Positions 41,969 to 56,900 of a stretch of DNA of 64,000 nucleotides are shown piece after piece. The DNA is from an uncultured bacterium. Its GTDB lineage: Bacteria > Omnitrophota > Omnitrophia > Omnitrophales > Aquincolibacteriaceae. Below the pieces are notes generated by a model. It saw only the letters and a program-made list of their open reading frames with translations, was not told where the DNA came from and did not search any database. Positions within the stretch are counted from its first letter, which is position 1; the number at the start of each line of letters is the position of its first letter. A program made the translations under genes and the position numbers. Location: positions 18,468 to 82,467 of the forward strand of contig CAZLTL010000002.1 of assembly GCA_964562525.1 (NCBI GenBank). Direction: 5' to 3'.

Positions 41969-44900
41969 ATGGGACGGCATCAGCAGTTCTTAAAATTCGT
42001 GGCCATTTTTGTCATCATGTGCCTTTTGGCGCAAGATGTGGCGATGGCGTTGCCATCAACGCAGCCCGAAGGCCGGAGGCCGGAGGCTAAAGGGGGGTCT
42101 TTCTCAGAGCTCCGGGTTCCGGGCTCCGGACTAAAAATTCATTCCAACTTAGGCAATGTCGACGAGTCTTTCGAAGGCACGAACGGTAAGCACATTACTT
42201 TCATTCTTGATGCACACGACTCCCTTGATGCGCAAAAGAATATCGTCCGAATCATTCAGCAGGCGACAAACTCCGGTATCAAAACCGTTTTTGAAGAAGG
42301 TTATGAAGGCGAGCTCAATACGGACGATTGGTTTGGAGCTATTGAAGATGACCAGATCCTCCGCAAAGTTTCCTACTATTATTTAGATCAGCTGAAAATC
42401 GGCGCCGCGGAGTTTGCGCATATTAACCGCCATAGGCGGTTAGGACGGAGGCCGGAGGCCACAGACCAGAGTTCGAATGCTTCTCAATCCTCCAGGCTTC
42501 GGGCTCCGGGCCCGCGAGTCGATTGGAAGCTGATCGGCGCGGATGATAAAGAAGCGTATCTCGAAAACGTGCGGGCTTTCGGTGATTCTGAAAAAGTTCG
42601 CGAGCAAATCTTACGCGACACACAAGCCATTCAGCGCGAACTGAAAGTCTTGGGCGATAAACAACTTTCACCTGAAGCTAAGAAATGGATTCTCGATTAC
42701 GAACGCTTTCATGATAACAGCCTTCCTTTGCTTGATTATTTAGGACGCTGGATCAAGCTTGCGCCTGAAAATGCTTGTCCGCTTTTGCGGCGCATTGTGG
42801 CGGCCGCGCAAGACCCTGAGATTGCACGTTCAATTCAAAAAACACGAGCCTCCGAAGTCTTAAGTGAAATTAAAACTTTCGAGGCAGCTGTTGAAAAACA
42901 TTTTTTTCCAAATAATCAAACGGCTGAAATTTGGCAGGCATGGAAAACCATGGCCGCAGTTGAAAAGCTTGCTGAGCTTAAAATCTCAAATCAAGATTTA
43001 AGTCACCTTAAAAACAATCTTAAAGCTCTCAAAACAGAAAATTTAGCGCGACAATTTGCCCGCGCGAAAAAGAATCCTGTTGTGATTTCAAAGCGCTGGG
43101 AAATGCTCATTCAAAACGCTTTGAGATTTTACGAGCTTGCACATAAGCGTGATGAAGCGGTGGAGCGAACTCTCAAAGAATGGGTCCGGAGGCCGGAGAC
43201 CGGAGACCCGATAAAAAAAACCAATCTCGCACCTCAAGCCTCCGGTCTCGGGCCTAGCAAGAACAGCTCAGCTGTTCTTGTTTTCGGTGGCTTTCATCGC
43301 GAAGGCATTACCGAAATTTTGCGGCGCAATGGATTTTCTTACACAGTTGTGATTCCAAAAATTATCGATTTTTCTAAGCGCCATCAAGCTCTTTACCGCG
43401 AAGCTATGAGTGTTGGGCCTAGGGGTTCAGGTTTCCGTCCCCAGGCGTCTGTTCAGGCGGCGCGGCCGCTTTCGAATTTTTATGACCCTGCATTTGGTTC
43501 GGAAATTAGAGCTGCTGAGGAAACAATCAAAGAAAACCCCGGGCGTGACTTGTCAGCCTCAGCCCTTTTGCTGCATGAAAAACTTTCAACAACCGCGGCG
43601 CATGGAATTGCTGGCGGGAATCTGAGCCGTCCCTCAGGTTCTCCCAACACGCGCCGCCTTTTAAATTCTGAAAAACTCCCAGGGTTGCGGGCCGCATCTC
43701 CGGGAGTTGGAACGGTTATGCCCCACGCCCGCTCCGAAAGCCGCGCTAAAAAAACAGTTGAGCAATTAGTTGATGAGGCAGAAAAGTTAATTCGAGACGA
43801 AACATCTATAAGAGGATGGTGGAAAGAAAACATTCAAAATGCGAATCAGAATCAAGCGGGCAAGGGGAGCCGCTCCACCAACTTCTCAATTGCATTTGGA
43901 GAAATCATTCCGAGGCCTTTACGTGAAGCGAAACAGTTGCTCGAGCGATTAAATGAAAGATTCTTAGCTGAACAAACGGAGGCTTACCCTACAAACGCCA
44001 TGAATAAACTCTTTTTTATTTTTTGCGGCACCTATGTAAGTCAGAAAAAAAATCTTTGGAATAAAGCTTTTAAACAGTTGCCCGAAGATAGCCAAAAGAT
44101 TTTTAATTCAGCTGCAAAGCAGCATGATGGTCTAAAAACGCTAAGCAATCTAAGCATGTATCGGGACTCTGTTTTCAAGGCAATGGCAGAAGAGAGAGAT
44201 TTTAAGCGAGCAGATGTGCTTGAGGCTATTAAGGCGAGACAAAAATTTGAACATGAAATAGATGCCCTGATTTGGTTTTCCCGCGTCATGAAGACGCCCG
44301 AAGCAGGCAAGGCTGATCCGCTAGATACTTTTTATCGAAATTATTCCAAACCGCTTGCGCGCGATGCAACCGCCACCGTTTATCATGAACTTGTCCGCCA
44401 AGTTCCGCGCGAGCAAATTACGCCCGAGTTTCGCAATGCCATGACCGCCTACCATGATCATCTGGTTGAATATCGTGACGCATTTATTTTTATTCTCTCC
44501 GAGATTGATAAACATATGCCTTTTCGCTCAGAATCGCGGCAAAACAAAAAAGCAAATAATGCTATTCCCAAAGAAGAAGAACAGAAGGCGCGACAATTGC
44601 AGAGCCGGCTGGAAGCGTATTTACCCCAATTAGAAAAGTGGAGCGGAGAGAAAAAATTATCTGTCCGGTCAGCTCAAGCGCAAAATAAAGCGGCGGTTGA
44701 AATGGCCGCGCTTTTGAATACTTACGTTGCTGACTATGTGAGCAAAAACAAACCCAATGAAAGCGTGAATGTTTTCCGCGACAGTCTCGGGAAATCTTTG
44801 CAGATTTGGGACATAGAGACGCATGTCTTTGTCGGCGGAGATAAAGACAAAAACTTGCCCGGTGACATTCGCGGCGATTTGGTGCGGGTGAGAGATTTTA

Positions 44901-47900
44901 TAAAAACCATGCGAGTGCATTTAGACGCAGACCGCTGGCAGACATTATCCGATTATTATGACGGAAATCGTCTTCATCTTGAAAAAATAGCTGGTCGATC
45001 GGAAGCGCGCGAGCCGGAAAAATTATCGATTCGTTCGATTTTTCATCCCAAGCATTTTTGGTACAGCACTGGACTTTTTGCTTTTTTTAAAATAGCGGAC
45101 TCTCTTTTTTTGAAGTGGCGGACGTTGACAATAGGCGAGCCCGATTATTGGAAGCCTCTCGATTGGATAACCAGCGTGACCTATCCGCTATCAATAGCAA
45201 ATATTGGTTTTTATTTTCTTTTTCTGTGGAGGTCTTCTTCTTGGAATGAAGCCGTCACGCAGAAAGTTGCGCACATTATTTTGACCGGAGTCCCGACGCT
45301 GTTTTTTGTCTTGGAATTCGTAGGCCCGTATATTTTTCCTTCGGGAATGACGGGGCATATTTTCGACCCCGACGATGCCGCCGCTGTTTTATTATCCGGG
45401 GTTATTCTGCGGCTACTGCATTCCACCAAGCTTCCTCCAGCAAAACGCTCAGAAGCGCGGGATTTAGCTGCGCCGGACAAGGAAGCGGTTCAACGTGTCT
45501 TTGATAAAGTCACGGAAGGCAACCCGCTTTCGGCGGAAGATTTAGAGATTGCTGTGCGGCAAGCGGTTGCTGAAAGCCGTGCGTGGTTAATTGGGCGGGT
45601 TAAAAATGCTATGAGCGCGGACGAGCTGAAAAAAATTCAGGAAGAGGCTGCCGCAAAAAAAACCGATGAAAACGAGATCATTCTTTCTGGAAAAAACTGC
45701 GCGGGGCAATGCGGGTATTCATCGGCGGATGTGATGAACCGGCTTTACTCGATTTTGGGCGATAAGGCGCTGATTCGCCGCATTCAAGCGCATGACGAGT
45801 TTGGTGTGAAGCAAAGGCAAAAGCATCTTTTTGTTTTAGCGGCATTGCCTGATCAGTCTAAAAGTTTTCTGATCGACCTAACTTTTACTCAATTTTTGAA
45901 TTCAGGCTGGCTGCCGCTTGATTTAATTGGCCGTGAATTAAAAAACCGTGATGGCAAGCGCGAAGCGCAGGGCCTCAGTTCGCTTTTGCTTCACGGGTAT
46001 GTTGATCTCAACCGTAACAAAGATTTTTTGACCGATTATGCCTACAGTTTTATTTCAGGTTCGGAAGATGATGACGCGCATTATCCCGCCCAATTCTTAC
46101 CCGCGGACTTGATAACTCTTGCGCCTAACGCTATTTCACGGCCCTTGTCTGATTTTTTAACGTTGGATGTGAACTCTGAAGCCGCTTTCGAAACCGCGCT
46201 TCAAGAGAGAGAGCTTAATTTTGATTTGCTGGCCCAAGAGCGCCGTGAGCGTTTGAAGGAAATGTTTTTAAAATATGCTGCGCGCTCTGAAGTGCGCGGG
46301 CTTTCTCAGGCTGAAGCAGAAAAAATTTCAAAGCTCCATGCAATTTATATGGATGTCATGCGGAATAAATCAGGCGCGTGGAAAGACGGGGCTGAAAAAG
46401 TAGAGTCTGCCGGATTTTTAGTCACAGGGGTTGGTTATTATCCGATTGATACGGACAATGAACTCGAACATTTGCTGGCAATTTTTCCAAAAATTCGCGA
46501 TAAGACAAATTCAAGTCAACCTCTTCGCTTTCTTGATTTAGGATCAGGCGCCGGCAAGCTTTTGGTACAAGCGTTGATGCTCGATAGCAATCTTAATGGC
46601 GTTGGCATTGAATATGATCAAGTGCTGCATGAAGCTTCTTTGGATCTCGCTGAGGAAGCCGCCAAGCAAAAACTCATTTCTCGTGAGAGGGCGCGTTTTT
46701 TGAAAGGGGATTTTTCTGCCCCTGAGTTTGAAAAAGAGATTTCTTCCGCGGATGTTCTTTTCCACTATCAGGCAAGCTCCTTTGATCCCGCGCCCCTTGA
46801 GCAAGCACTGATTCGTTCGATGCGGCCTGGCACCAAGCTTTTAGTGTATGGTTCATCCCGTGATTATTTTCGAAGGTTATCGGCAGACCTTGGCTTTGAA
46901 CGAGTGTTTGATGAGGCCGCGCGAGTGATAACTTACAAAAGAAACTTTATGCCGCGCGAGCCCATCTCTTATCAAGATACCGCCGTTGTTTTTGTGCACA
47001 CCGCGGGCATGGGCGATCATTCGCTGCCGTTGGCATTGGATAACCGCCGCGTGATTAAAGACGCAGTAAAAGCGATGCAGAATTTAGGCGGCAAGGAACT
47101 CGAATTTCATATTGATGGGCATCCGAGCTATTTACCGCCGCGACCCGACCGCATCCGTTCCAGACAAAAAAATACAGCCGCGCTGACTTCGCCCTTTAGT
47201 TACGATTTTGATCCTGTCCGCAAGGCGCAAAGGTTTGTTATGGCCGGCGGTGAGTGCGAGGCTTGCTTTCAAGCCGCGCTCACTTCACTGCTGGAAGAAG
47301 GCAATGAGGAAGCAACGCCGAAAGAAATTCACTTAGCCGCGGACGCTGTTTACCAAGTTGTTCCGGTCCTGAATGAAGATGACCCCCGCGGAGTGCATAA
47401 TGAATCTGCTCCGGTATCCGCGGAGCATCTTTTGAAAATGGTTGAGCAAACGGCAGCGCTAAAACAGCTGAGAAATTCCAGCGAAGTTACCCGTCCGCAA
47501 TATTTTTTAAACGGAAGCCCGGCGTCTTCAAAAACAAAAATTATTATTTGGAGCAATCATCGCGAAATGATTGATTGGATTCGCACGGATCAAAAAAGAT
47601 CTGAAGCGCGTGAAGCCGCAGCTATTCCCGTTAGGCCGGCGAATTTAACGGTTAAAAAATTTGACCGCGCACCGGCTGCGTTAAAGCACTGGGTTACCAA
47701 GGCGGAAGAAGAGCCTTGGGGTGTTTTGGAAGAAAACAGTCCGCCGTTTGTGTTGCAAGACGGTGTTTTGACATTGGCGCTTGGCGAGGATAACGCGAAA
47801 TATTTTTTCCGGCCTTTCCCAGAACGAACATTGGGCCTTGAAACGGTTCAAATCAATGAATCTTGGACGGAAGAGGGACAAATAAGATTTACAGTTGTCA

Positions 47901-50900
47901 AAAAACTTCCGGGCAATCGGCTGATTGTGAAAGGGTTTGTTGTCTCGAATGAATCAGAAGAAGTTTCCATCAGCGCTAAAACAAAAATCCGCGTCCGCAA
48001 AATTTTAGAGTTAAAAGAAAATATTGCCGGGCGCGTTGCCGGAGGAACGGTTTATCCGCAAAGCGTGATTGCTGCCGAGACGCCTAAAAGAAAAATACTC
48101 CCAACCTTTTTGCCCGTTGAAAAGGTTGTCGTTCCGACTGTCGAAATTGCCCAGGTGGCAAACATCCCTGAAAATAGCCCAGTGAAAATGGTAGCGAGGA
48201 AAAAATTAGCCGTCATTGCCGCGCTTCCGGCTGATTTTGATTGGGAAAAGCTCTCCGCACAGTTGCCCGCGTTTGAAAAGAATGAACTTCTCGGAGAAAC
48301 TACCGAGCGTGGGTATTTCAACTTACGCGTTGGCGAGAAAATGGTTTATGTCATGACGAATTTGGGGGTCAAAGACAAGCGCGAAGTTTTTGTTCGATCT
48401 GCCGAGGTTATCGGCAAGGGATATCGGTTAGTTTTAGGTTTTTCAGGCACGGATCAAACCACCACGCTGTGGATGGGCCATTTTCGCACGCGAGCTTTTG
48501 ATCAAGCCGCGAATTCAAAAACAGGCACCGAGATTTTTGAAATTTTAGATGAAGAGACTTGGACAGAAAAGTTTTTTGCGGAGCTTTTGCTTAAGCCGGA
48601 TGAGAAAAGCTGGGAAGAAATTCTAAAGCCTTTTGGAAATGAGATTGCGATGAATTTAGGCAAGGTTTATCAGAATGGTTTTCGCAAGGTTAAATTGGGA
48701 GATGATTTGTGGGCCGAAATCAGTGTTGCACCGCACAAATACGCAGGCTATTCGATACAAGTCGTGTCCGTTCGGCCGGAAGATGACTTGCTTCGGGTCG
48801 AGCTTTTTCTGACCAGCCCCGACGGTTTAACTAATGTGACATTGATTCGGTATGTATCCAGCGAAAAGGAGAAAGCTCAAAGCAAAGGCGCTGCTTTGGG
48901 AAAAGAAGTTTTTTACCGCCGGCTCTTGACCGAAGCCGATAGCATAGATTTAAGAGCCGGAAAAGAAATTGCCAGAAAAACAAAGCGCGAAGAGAATGCC
49001 GCCATTTTTCAAGCCCTCCCCGCTGATTTCATCGCGACCTTATCTCCGTTAGAGCAAAAAGTTGTCGCGCAGCTTGCTCAAAATCCGGAAATTTCAAATC
49101 AAGAAATTGCGAAGGCTTTGAATTCTTCTAAGCCGTCGGTGAGCAATGCGATTCAGAGGATTCGATTCAAAGCGAAAGTCAGAAATTTGATTCCGAAACT
49201 CGAAGAAAAAATCGGGCGTTCCGAAGCGCGGATTTTAGATTACGAAAAAGTCAGCGATATGGAGTTAACGGATTCAGTTCGGCAGGCTTGGTTCGCGAAG
49301 TACAAGCTAGGCATGGTTGAGCACGCGCTTGAAATTATTGATTTTTCAGGTAACACGCGTGACGCGCGCAAAGATGTCGGCACTCAAGCGTATGGCTTTT
49401 CATTGCCTGGCGATTCCAAGGGTGTTTTTGTCGCGTTTCCATTCGCGCAAATGGAAGGGGAGCGCGACAACGGTTATTTCGCTCTCTTTGATCAACAGGG
49501 CGAAATGGTGGGCGAAGGGCTTTATTCCGCGGCGGTTATTTCCGACAGTAAGCGGAAAATTCTAACTTTAAGGTTTCAGGTTTTACCCGAATATCGCAGT
49601 CAAGGTTATGGCCGAGTCATGACTGAAGCGATTCGTTATTTTGCGGATCAGCTTGATTCCGAAATGCAGCTTTTCTTTCATTTTAATTCGGACGAAGTCA
49701 ATAATCTTGCTTTGCGAAAATCGTTAACTGGGCTTGGGTTTCAGGAAATACCCCAAGTGTCGCATATGATGCAGCTTCCACGCTTGGCTTCTTCCCGTTC
49801 CGAAGCGCGCGGCACAGATAGCCAAGATCTCGATCGATTAGCGTATCTTTGGGGGCAGTATACGGAGGCGCTCAAAGAGAATCCCGTTCAGCGGTCTCAT
49901 GCGGGGACTGCTTTTTCAAGATGGCTTATGACGCAATCCGCGCTTGATTTGGGTGCCGGAGCGTATAGCTTTGTGGATACGTTGAAAAACTTAGGCAATC
50001 CTAATACCTACCGCATGGACACGAAACCTGTTCGGCACTCCGACTGGGGGACTTACGCAACACACTTGCAGCAGTCTTTTTACAATCCTTGGCCGCTTGG
50101 AGATGAGTCACTCAAAATTATTTATAGCCATTGGGCTTTAGGCGGAGAAGTTCCCGGGCTTTACCCAAGCGCTTGGGATATGCCGCTTGAAAAGAATCCG
50201 GATGCTACGTTTGCAAATGAACTGAAGCGCACGCTTCATCCCGATGGATTTGCTTATTTTGAATTAGGTTTTGAGCCCAACCCCGATCTGGTTCGCGCGT
50301 TGCGCCGTGCTGGCTTGCACGTTCAGTCGCCACCGGAGCACGCAGAAGATTTTGGAGAGCAATCTTTAGCGGTGATTGTGACGAAAAAACCATTTGCCGA
50401 TGTGATCAATCAAATTCAGGCTGAATTGGAAGCGAATAATCCGCGGCTTGCCGAAAATGTAAATCAAGAAGTCAGAGGAATGCGCTCCGAGGCGAGGCCA
50501 ACAGAAAATTTCAAACCGCAAGTGATTCAGCATCGTGCTAACACTCGGGATTTTATTGAGGCCGCTTATGAGGCCGGCGCGGATGGGTTTGAAATGGATA
50601 TTCAAATGACAAAAGACGGGGTCATGATTTTAAATCACGATCCATTTCAAATTGGCAATGCAGCCCACTTCTCCGTAGAGCTGAATTATTCAGAGCTTAA
50701 AGCAGCTAATCCCGAACTTTTGACTTTGAAGGATGCGTTAAATTTGCCGGTGTTGCGTCAAAAGACGGCTTATTTGCATGTTAATAATTTGGCGACCATG
50801 CCTTCTGTGCGCGAGAAACTGAAGCAAAAAGGCAAAGAGGCTCTTTTGGATAACTATGATGTTAGGGCCGTTTCTGCGATTCAAAAAGAAATTCAAAATT

Positions 50901-53900
50901 CAGCAGGACTATCGCGCCTTGTTTTTTCATCCTTTGATGTTAAGCAACTGTTGCTTCTAAGAAAAGAAGCCGTCTCAGCAAGGTTCATTTTGGATACGGA
51001 TTACGGTGCCAACGATCCTGAAATAAACCAGGTTTTGGATTTGGCAGCAGAATACAAGCTGACAGGTGTGGGGCTTCCTGGTGAAAGGATAACTGTCGAC
51101 TTGCTTCAAGATGTTAATGCTCGCGGCCTTCAGGCTGATTACGGCGCCTCTCCGGAGATTTTGCGGGCTTTGATGCCGCTTAAAACCGGAAACCTTGTTG
51201 TTGTTGATGATGTTGCCGCAACGAGAAAAATTTTGACGAGTGAAGAGGAAGAAAAAGCACACTCAAAAATGCGTGCGGTACGATTGAATGGTGAATTGAG
51301 GCCGACTCAAAGCTCATTCCTAGAACGGCATGATCCGCAGTGGAAAATTTTGCGCGAACAATATCTCGATGGAATATTGCAACGCGCAAAGCAAGATGCC
51401 GGTGACTCAAAAAATCCCGTCATAAAAGTGCTGGTTTTAGGCTCAAGCTCAGGCGAAGAACTTGTCCGAGCTTATTATGAAATCGTGACTTATTTGGAAA
51501 GCCGCGGCGAGAAACTTGCACGGACGGCTGCAGATGAAGGTTGGAAACTGCAAATTACCGGAATTGAGAAAGACGATGTTGTTGCCGAACGTGCACGCAA
51601 AAATTTGCAGGGCGAAACACCTTTCTTCGCTTATGACCTTGATGTTGAACCGAACCGAACTTATATCGAAGCTTTGCTTCAACGCGTCAGCCGCGATTCA
51701 GATTTGGTTGCGGAAGCGATTGAAGTGCGAACTCAAAACGCGGTGGAAGCTCTTAAAGAAACAGATTCCGCGCATTTGATTTTAGCCAACAATGTTTTTT
51801 ATTTACTCGGCAGCGTCTATCCACGCGAAGACCGCGCAGCGATTGAGCTGTTGTCGCGGCGATTCCGCAATTCTGTGATTGCGACAACCTACGATTGGAA
51901 TACCCAAATATACGCTTTAGGCGGCAAACCTGGCGAAAAAGAGTTGCCTTTTGTGCGTGCTGAAAGCAAAACTCTTGCAAAATACATTCCGGACGAGACG
52001 GCTTATTTGTTTTTTTCGCCCAATCCCGATTTTAATTTAGTGGCTTCTTTGCGCTCCGAAGCGCGCGGTTTTTTTACGAAAGCGTGGAATTTAGCTAGCA
52101 GCCGGGATGCGCGTTTGAAGGTTGCGCAGAACTGGCTTGAAAAAGGCCTTGTTGATCTCGAAGAGCGAAAGGAAATTACAAAAGACGAAGCGCAAAAACT
52201 TTTGTCCGCTGCCCGCGAGAATCGCGACGTGGGCGTATTGCTTGAAATTCTTGGCATTCACTTAATTTTGAAAGTGACGCCGCATCCCGGAGCTTTTGGT
52301 ACCACGGCCGCCATGACCGGGCTCGCGACGGGACAATGGTGGCTTGTCCCGCTTTACTTTTTAACGGGAATTTTCCGCGGCATAGCGACATTTGCTTTAA
52401 TTCGTAAAACAAAGCTCCCGCATAAATGGTTTTTAATTTTAGGCTCGGTCATTCCTGTCGCAGGAAATTTCTCAGTTCCGGCTTATATGCTTCGGCAGCC
52501 CGAATTACGGCAAACAGGGAAGGCAATGATGGCAGTGGCAAAACTGAGACTCAAACAAAAAGCGCGAATCATCCCGTCTCACGATAAACGGTCGGAAATG
52601 CGTGAATTCAAAGCGGAGTGGAATGAAGAGGCCCTGACTCAAATTGAAAAGGCAAACCCGGGGACGAGGGCGAAGATTCTTCAGGTTCTCGAAATACCGC
52701 TTAGTCAATTAGTGTTAGATCAGGATTATGATGATCAAGACGGCCGAAGCGTTTTAATTTATTTGGATGAGCCGGTTGATTTTGTTGATAAGCAAACCGG
52801 CTTGCGGGAAACAATACGCACGATCAAAGTCAAAGGCGCTGCTTTTGAAAACGAAGCCGTTTTACCGGATTTCAATCTTTTACGTTTAGATCCCGGTGTT
52901 GCGCCTGACCAGGCCGAAAATATTGGCAGGAAGCTCATGGAGCCCTCTTTTACAAAGGAAGGGCGCTTTTTGCTGACACCCAAACGACCGACGGCGGAAG
53001 GCGCGATGCGGCTTGATATGGCGCGGCAAGAGTACCAAATTTCACAGAAATCTTTTTATGCGGGTTTGCCCGTTCCTATCGCGCTGGGAATGGCTGAATT
53101 TCAAAATAAAAATTCGGACGGCACATCCGCGGCTGCGGTTATTTTGGGCGTGGCTTCAGCGCGTGATTTGCGCGTCACTAATTTAATCGGGTTTAAAACG
53201 CAGGCGTACTTACAATCTATTGCTCAGCCGATGGATTCCGCTGAGCGAGCCGCGCTTAAAGCTTTTTTTGAAGAAGATGTTGTGCGGCTTGCCGGAGCTC
53301 AGGGGCAGGCTCTGCGGGCTTTTAACGACCGCGGATTTATTCACCCGCAATTTCACTTGGGGAATGGCGGGGCTAACATTGATCTCGACGAAGGTCTCGC
53401 ATCGATTTATTTAATGGACCACGAAGGTTCGCTTGAAAGAAACAAGCTGACCGAGGCGCAGTTTTTAGGCTGGCTTGTTTTAGGTCTCAAACAAGCCGCA
53501 AAGCGCATACACGATTTAACCGATAAGCGTTATTACTCCGGCCCCAAGCTGAATTGGACATCCGCCTTTATTCGGGGATATTTTGGCCGCTATGCTGACA
53601 GACCTGAAATAAAAAAATATCTTTCACCGAAAAATTCCGCACTTTTTATCGAAGACTTACACGCTATTTTGTTTGACGCTGAAAAGCAGCCTGTTTTTGA
53701 AATCAATTCACCGCTTACGAGGCTTTTGGCTCAAATGTATGGGCTTAAAGAACTGCGGCGCTCTGAGGCGCGAAACGCATTAGAGATTTTTGATGAAGCG
53801 GCGGACAATTTACTGGCTTATCCCAAAGCGCTTCTTCATTCGCGCGGCTTAGAACCCTATTTGGACGCGTTCGACCGCGAGCATTATGTCTGGGATGAAG

Positions 53901-56900
53901 CCCAGCAGCATTGGGCGTCGAAAGATTTTCATCCCACAATCACGGGTGCGAAGCGGCTTACTTTGGGGTCTTGGGAAGATATTCAGCGTGCTTCACCCGA
54001 TGAACACGCGCGCATGAAGAATTTTGTAGCCATTCGTTTAAACACAACAGAAGGAGTGCGCAGCTTTTATGCTTTTGATGACCACGGCTGGTCGCTTCAG
54101 GCTTATGCCGAGGCGCATTGGCGCCGAGAAGTTCCGGCATTCGGCAACACGCAAATATTTATAGACAAGCACGGGGATGATCGAAAAGTGCATGGCGGAC
54201 AACACTACAAAGAAATGTTTCAAGCGATGCTTCGTCAGAGTCCGAGTGCGAACAATGACATTGATTTTGATATGGGCGGGTTTAATAACACGCTTTGGTT
54301 TTCGGGATTTATTCCGAAAGAAAATCATCATCGGTATCATGCGAACATGGGTTGGTTTCGAGAGATGTTGGCCGGCTTTCCAAGCAACCAAGCTGTTCTG
54401 CTTAATGTCGATACCGACGCGACGGAGTTTATTGTAGGCGAATGGAAGAACGAAACGCCGCTTGGCTTAGGCGAAGACGATTTTGAATCGCTTGCCATTG
54501 ATTTAACCAATTTGCGCGACAAATACAGCCTAACTCCGCTTACGGCGCATTTCACCACAACCCATTTTGAAAATGAAAATTTGGCGGATTTTTCTTTGCA
54601 TTCAAACCGCATTCAATATGGCGATACCGAACTTGCGCGTTTTCTTCCCCGTGTCGCGCCTTTTATTTATTTTGTAAAAGATCAGCCTGTTGAATTACGC
54701 GATCAGGCGATTGAGCAAGCGGCGCAAGAGCATGCCGCGCAATGGGAGCGGGATTTTGGCGCGAAATTTAACCGCTCCGAAATGCGCAAGCATGAAATTT
54801 CGGCGGAGCTCTTTTTTGTTCGCAGTTTTCAGGAAAAATGGGCGCGGCGGACTTTCATTGAACAGCATTGGCTTTTGCGCGCTATTGCGCGCGGACTTGA
54901 GCTTTCTTCTCAAGATGCTGCGTTTTGGGTTTTGGAATGGGATTTTGCCAAGTTCGCTGTTTTGAATCGGCTTGCGCAAAATTTAAAAAGGTTTAAAGGT
55001 TTAAAACAAGAAGATCTGGCGCGGGGGATGAGCTTTGAAACGCTTATCTTCGATGTGATGGAAGATATCCGTGATCCGGAGTATCGATTTGTTCGGAAGT
55101 TTTTAGGATGGGAAGAGCCCCCTGCTGATTTTTTTAGAATGGCGGATGAGGCTGTCAGCCGTGTTTCAGATTATGTTAAGTTGCTCGAGCCGGATCAAGC
55201 TCGCTATGGAGCTTGGGTAATTCGAAATGCCGCGCTTGATTATCAGTCTTACTTTGATTATTTGGTAAATGTCATCGGCCGCGATGATTTTTTTGAATTT
55301 GATAGTGAAGTTGAAAAAATAGAGCAAAAATTTATTTTGTCGCGCCGCTCCGAAATGCGGGCAGATTGGAATGATGAGATCGGACTTTGGAGTTCGCCGC
55401 AGGTAATTGAACGATTGAGTCAGTTTGTTCTTGATCCGCTCAGCGTTAGTTTATGGCGGCTTAAAGCAAGCGCTTGGCGCATTCCCGAAAGCGATGTCAA
55501 TTCGGTGCGGGATGAAGTTTTACGGCGATCGAAAGAATGGCCGCGGGCGGCGATATTTCAACGGGAAGATTTTTCGGCGCTTTCCTTTCTTCATCTTCCA
55601 TGGTCGTATCTCAAAGCCCGTTCTGCATTGATGGATGATCCGGATCGATTTGCTGTTTATTCGCTTTGGGAAGAATTAGAGAGCCTTTCGAAAAAAATTC
55701 GTGAATCCCGTATTTATACCTATGAAACCATTCGCACTGCCGCAAGATATTCGGGCATTTGGGGGCATGGAACAGCAAGCTCAGTTCTCCGCGAAGCTAG
55801 AAGTGATTATGAGCGCTGGCGGTTCAGAGCGGTTCACGACCATGATTTAGAAGATGAGTGGGCAATGCTCAATATCATGATTGAAGGTGAAATTAGCGCT
55901 GGAGAAGGAGCGCCTTTTGCCGGTATGGAATTGAGTGGAAATACGCCTGATTCATGGGGGCCGTTTTGGATTTTAACCCGCGGTTTTGAAAGTTTTTATC
56001 AATTTCATCCTTCAGGACGCGAAGATCATTGGGCTTATTTGGTTCCCAACCAAGCGGCGATCGACTTTTTTGAAAGAGGCCTTGAGCTTGCGGTAAGCAA
56101 AAAATTGATGACCGAAGAAGATCGACAGGATGTTTGCTCCAAGCTGGTGACTTACGATGAGTTTAACGCTTTAGAGGAACTGCTTTGGAATATTCGTGAT
56201 CAAAAAATAAGTATTAGCGAAGCGGTCGCGCAAGCCGGCGTTACGCGCTCTGTTCGCTCCGAAAGTCGTGCTAGCTCAAATGACACTGTCGATGAGGTTC
56301 AGCTTGCGAAAAATGAGGAGAGATATGCACAAATTATGAAGACCGCATTGAAGCGCGTGAAGCCCGGGCAAACGGGCGAGTTGGTTGAAATTGACAGCGG
56401 GCTTTCTGCAGAAGAAGATGCGCAGTTTGATCAAGAGCTGAAGCAACTTTCGGTTTATTTTGCTGAGGCGGGAGATTCAGCAAAAGCCGCCGTGATGTTT
56501 TGGTTGATTAAGAGCGACGAAATGGCTGCTGATCTTGCAAAGGATGTGATCTCTCTCAAAGGTTTGGGAGAAGATCGGCAGGTTATGATTCGTACCACGA
56601 GCCCCCCTTCGGCATTGCTCAGGGCAGGCGAGCTGCGGACCACGAATAGTCATAGTCAAGCGGTCAGCGGAACGAAGTCACGGATTTTAATCAGCCGCAC
56701 CGAGCTTGGCTCGATGAGCGAAGAAAATTTCAAAGCCTTCTATAAGTTTTTCTATCAAAACCAAGAGCTGGAGCTGTCCGTCTACGGTTCCGGCTCAAAA
56801 AATCCAGAAGAGGAAACGCGTGTCGGCTTGCTTGAGGCCGTCCCCTCGGCAAAAACCGGCCGCGTTTCTTTCTTCTTGGACCCCTCTTCTGCAGCGCAAG

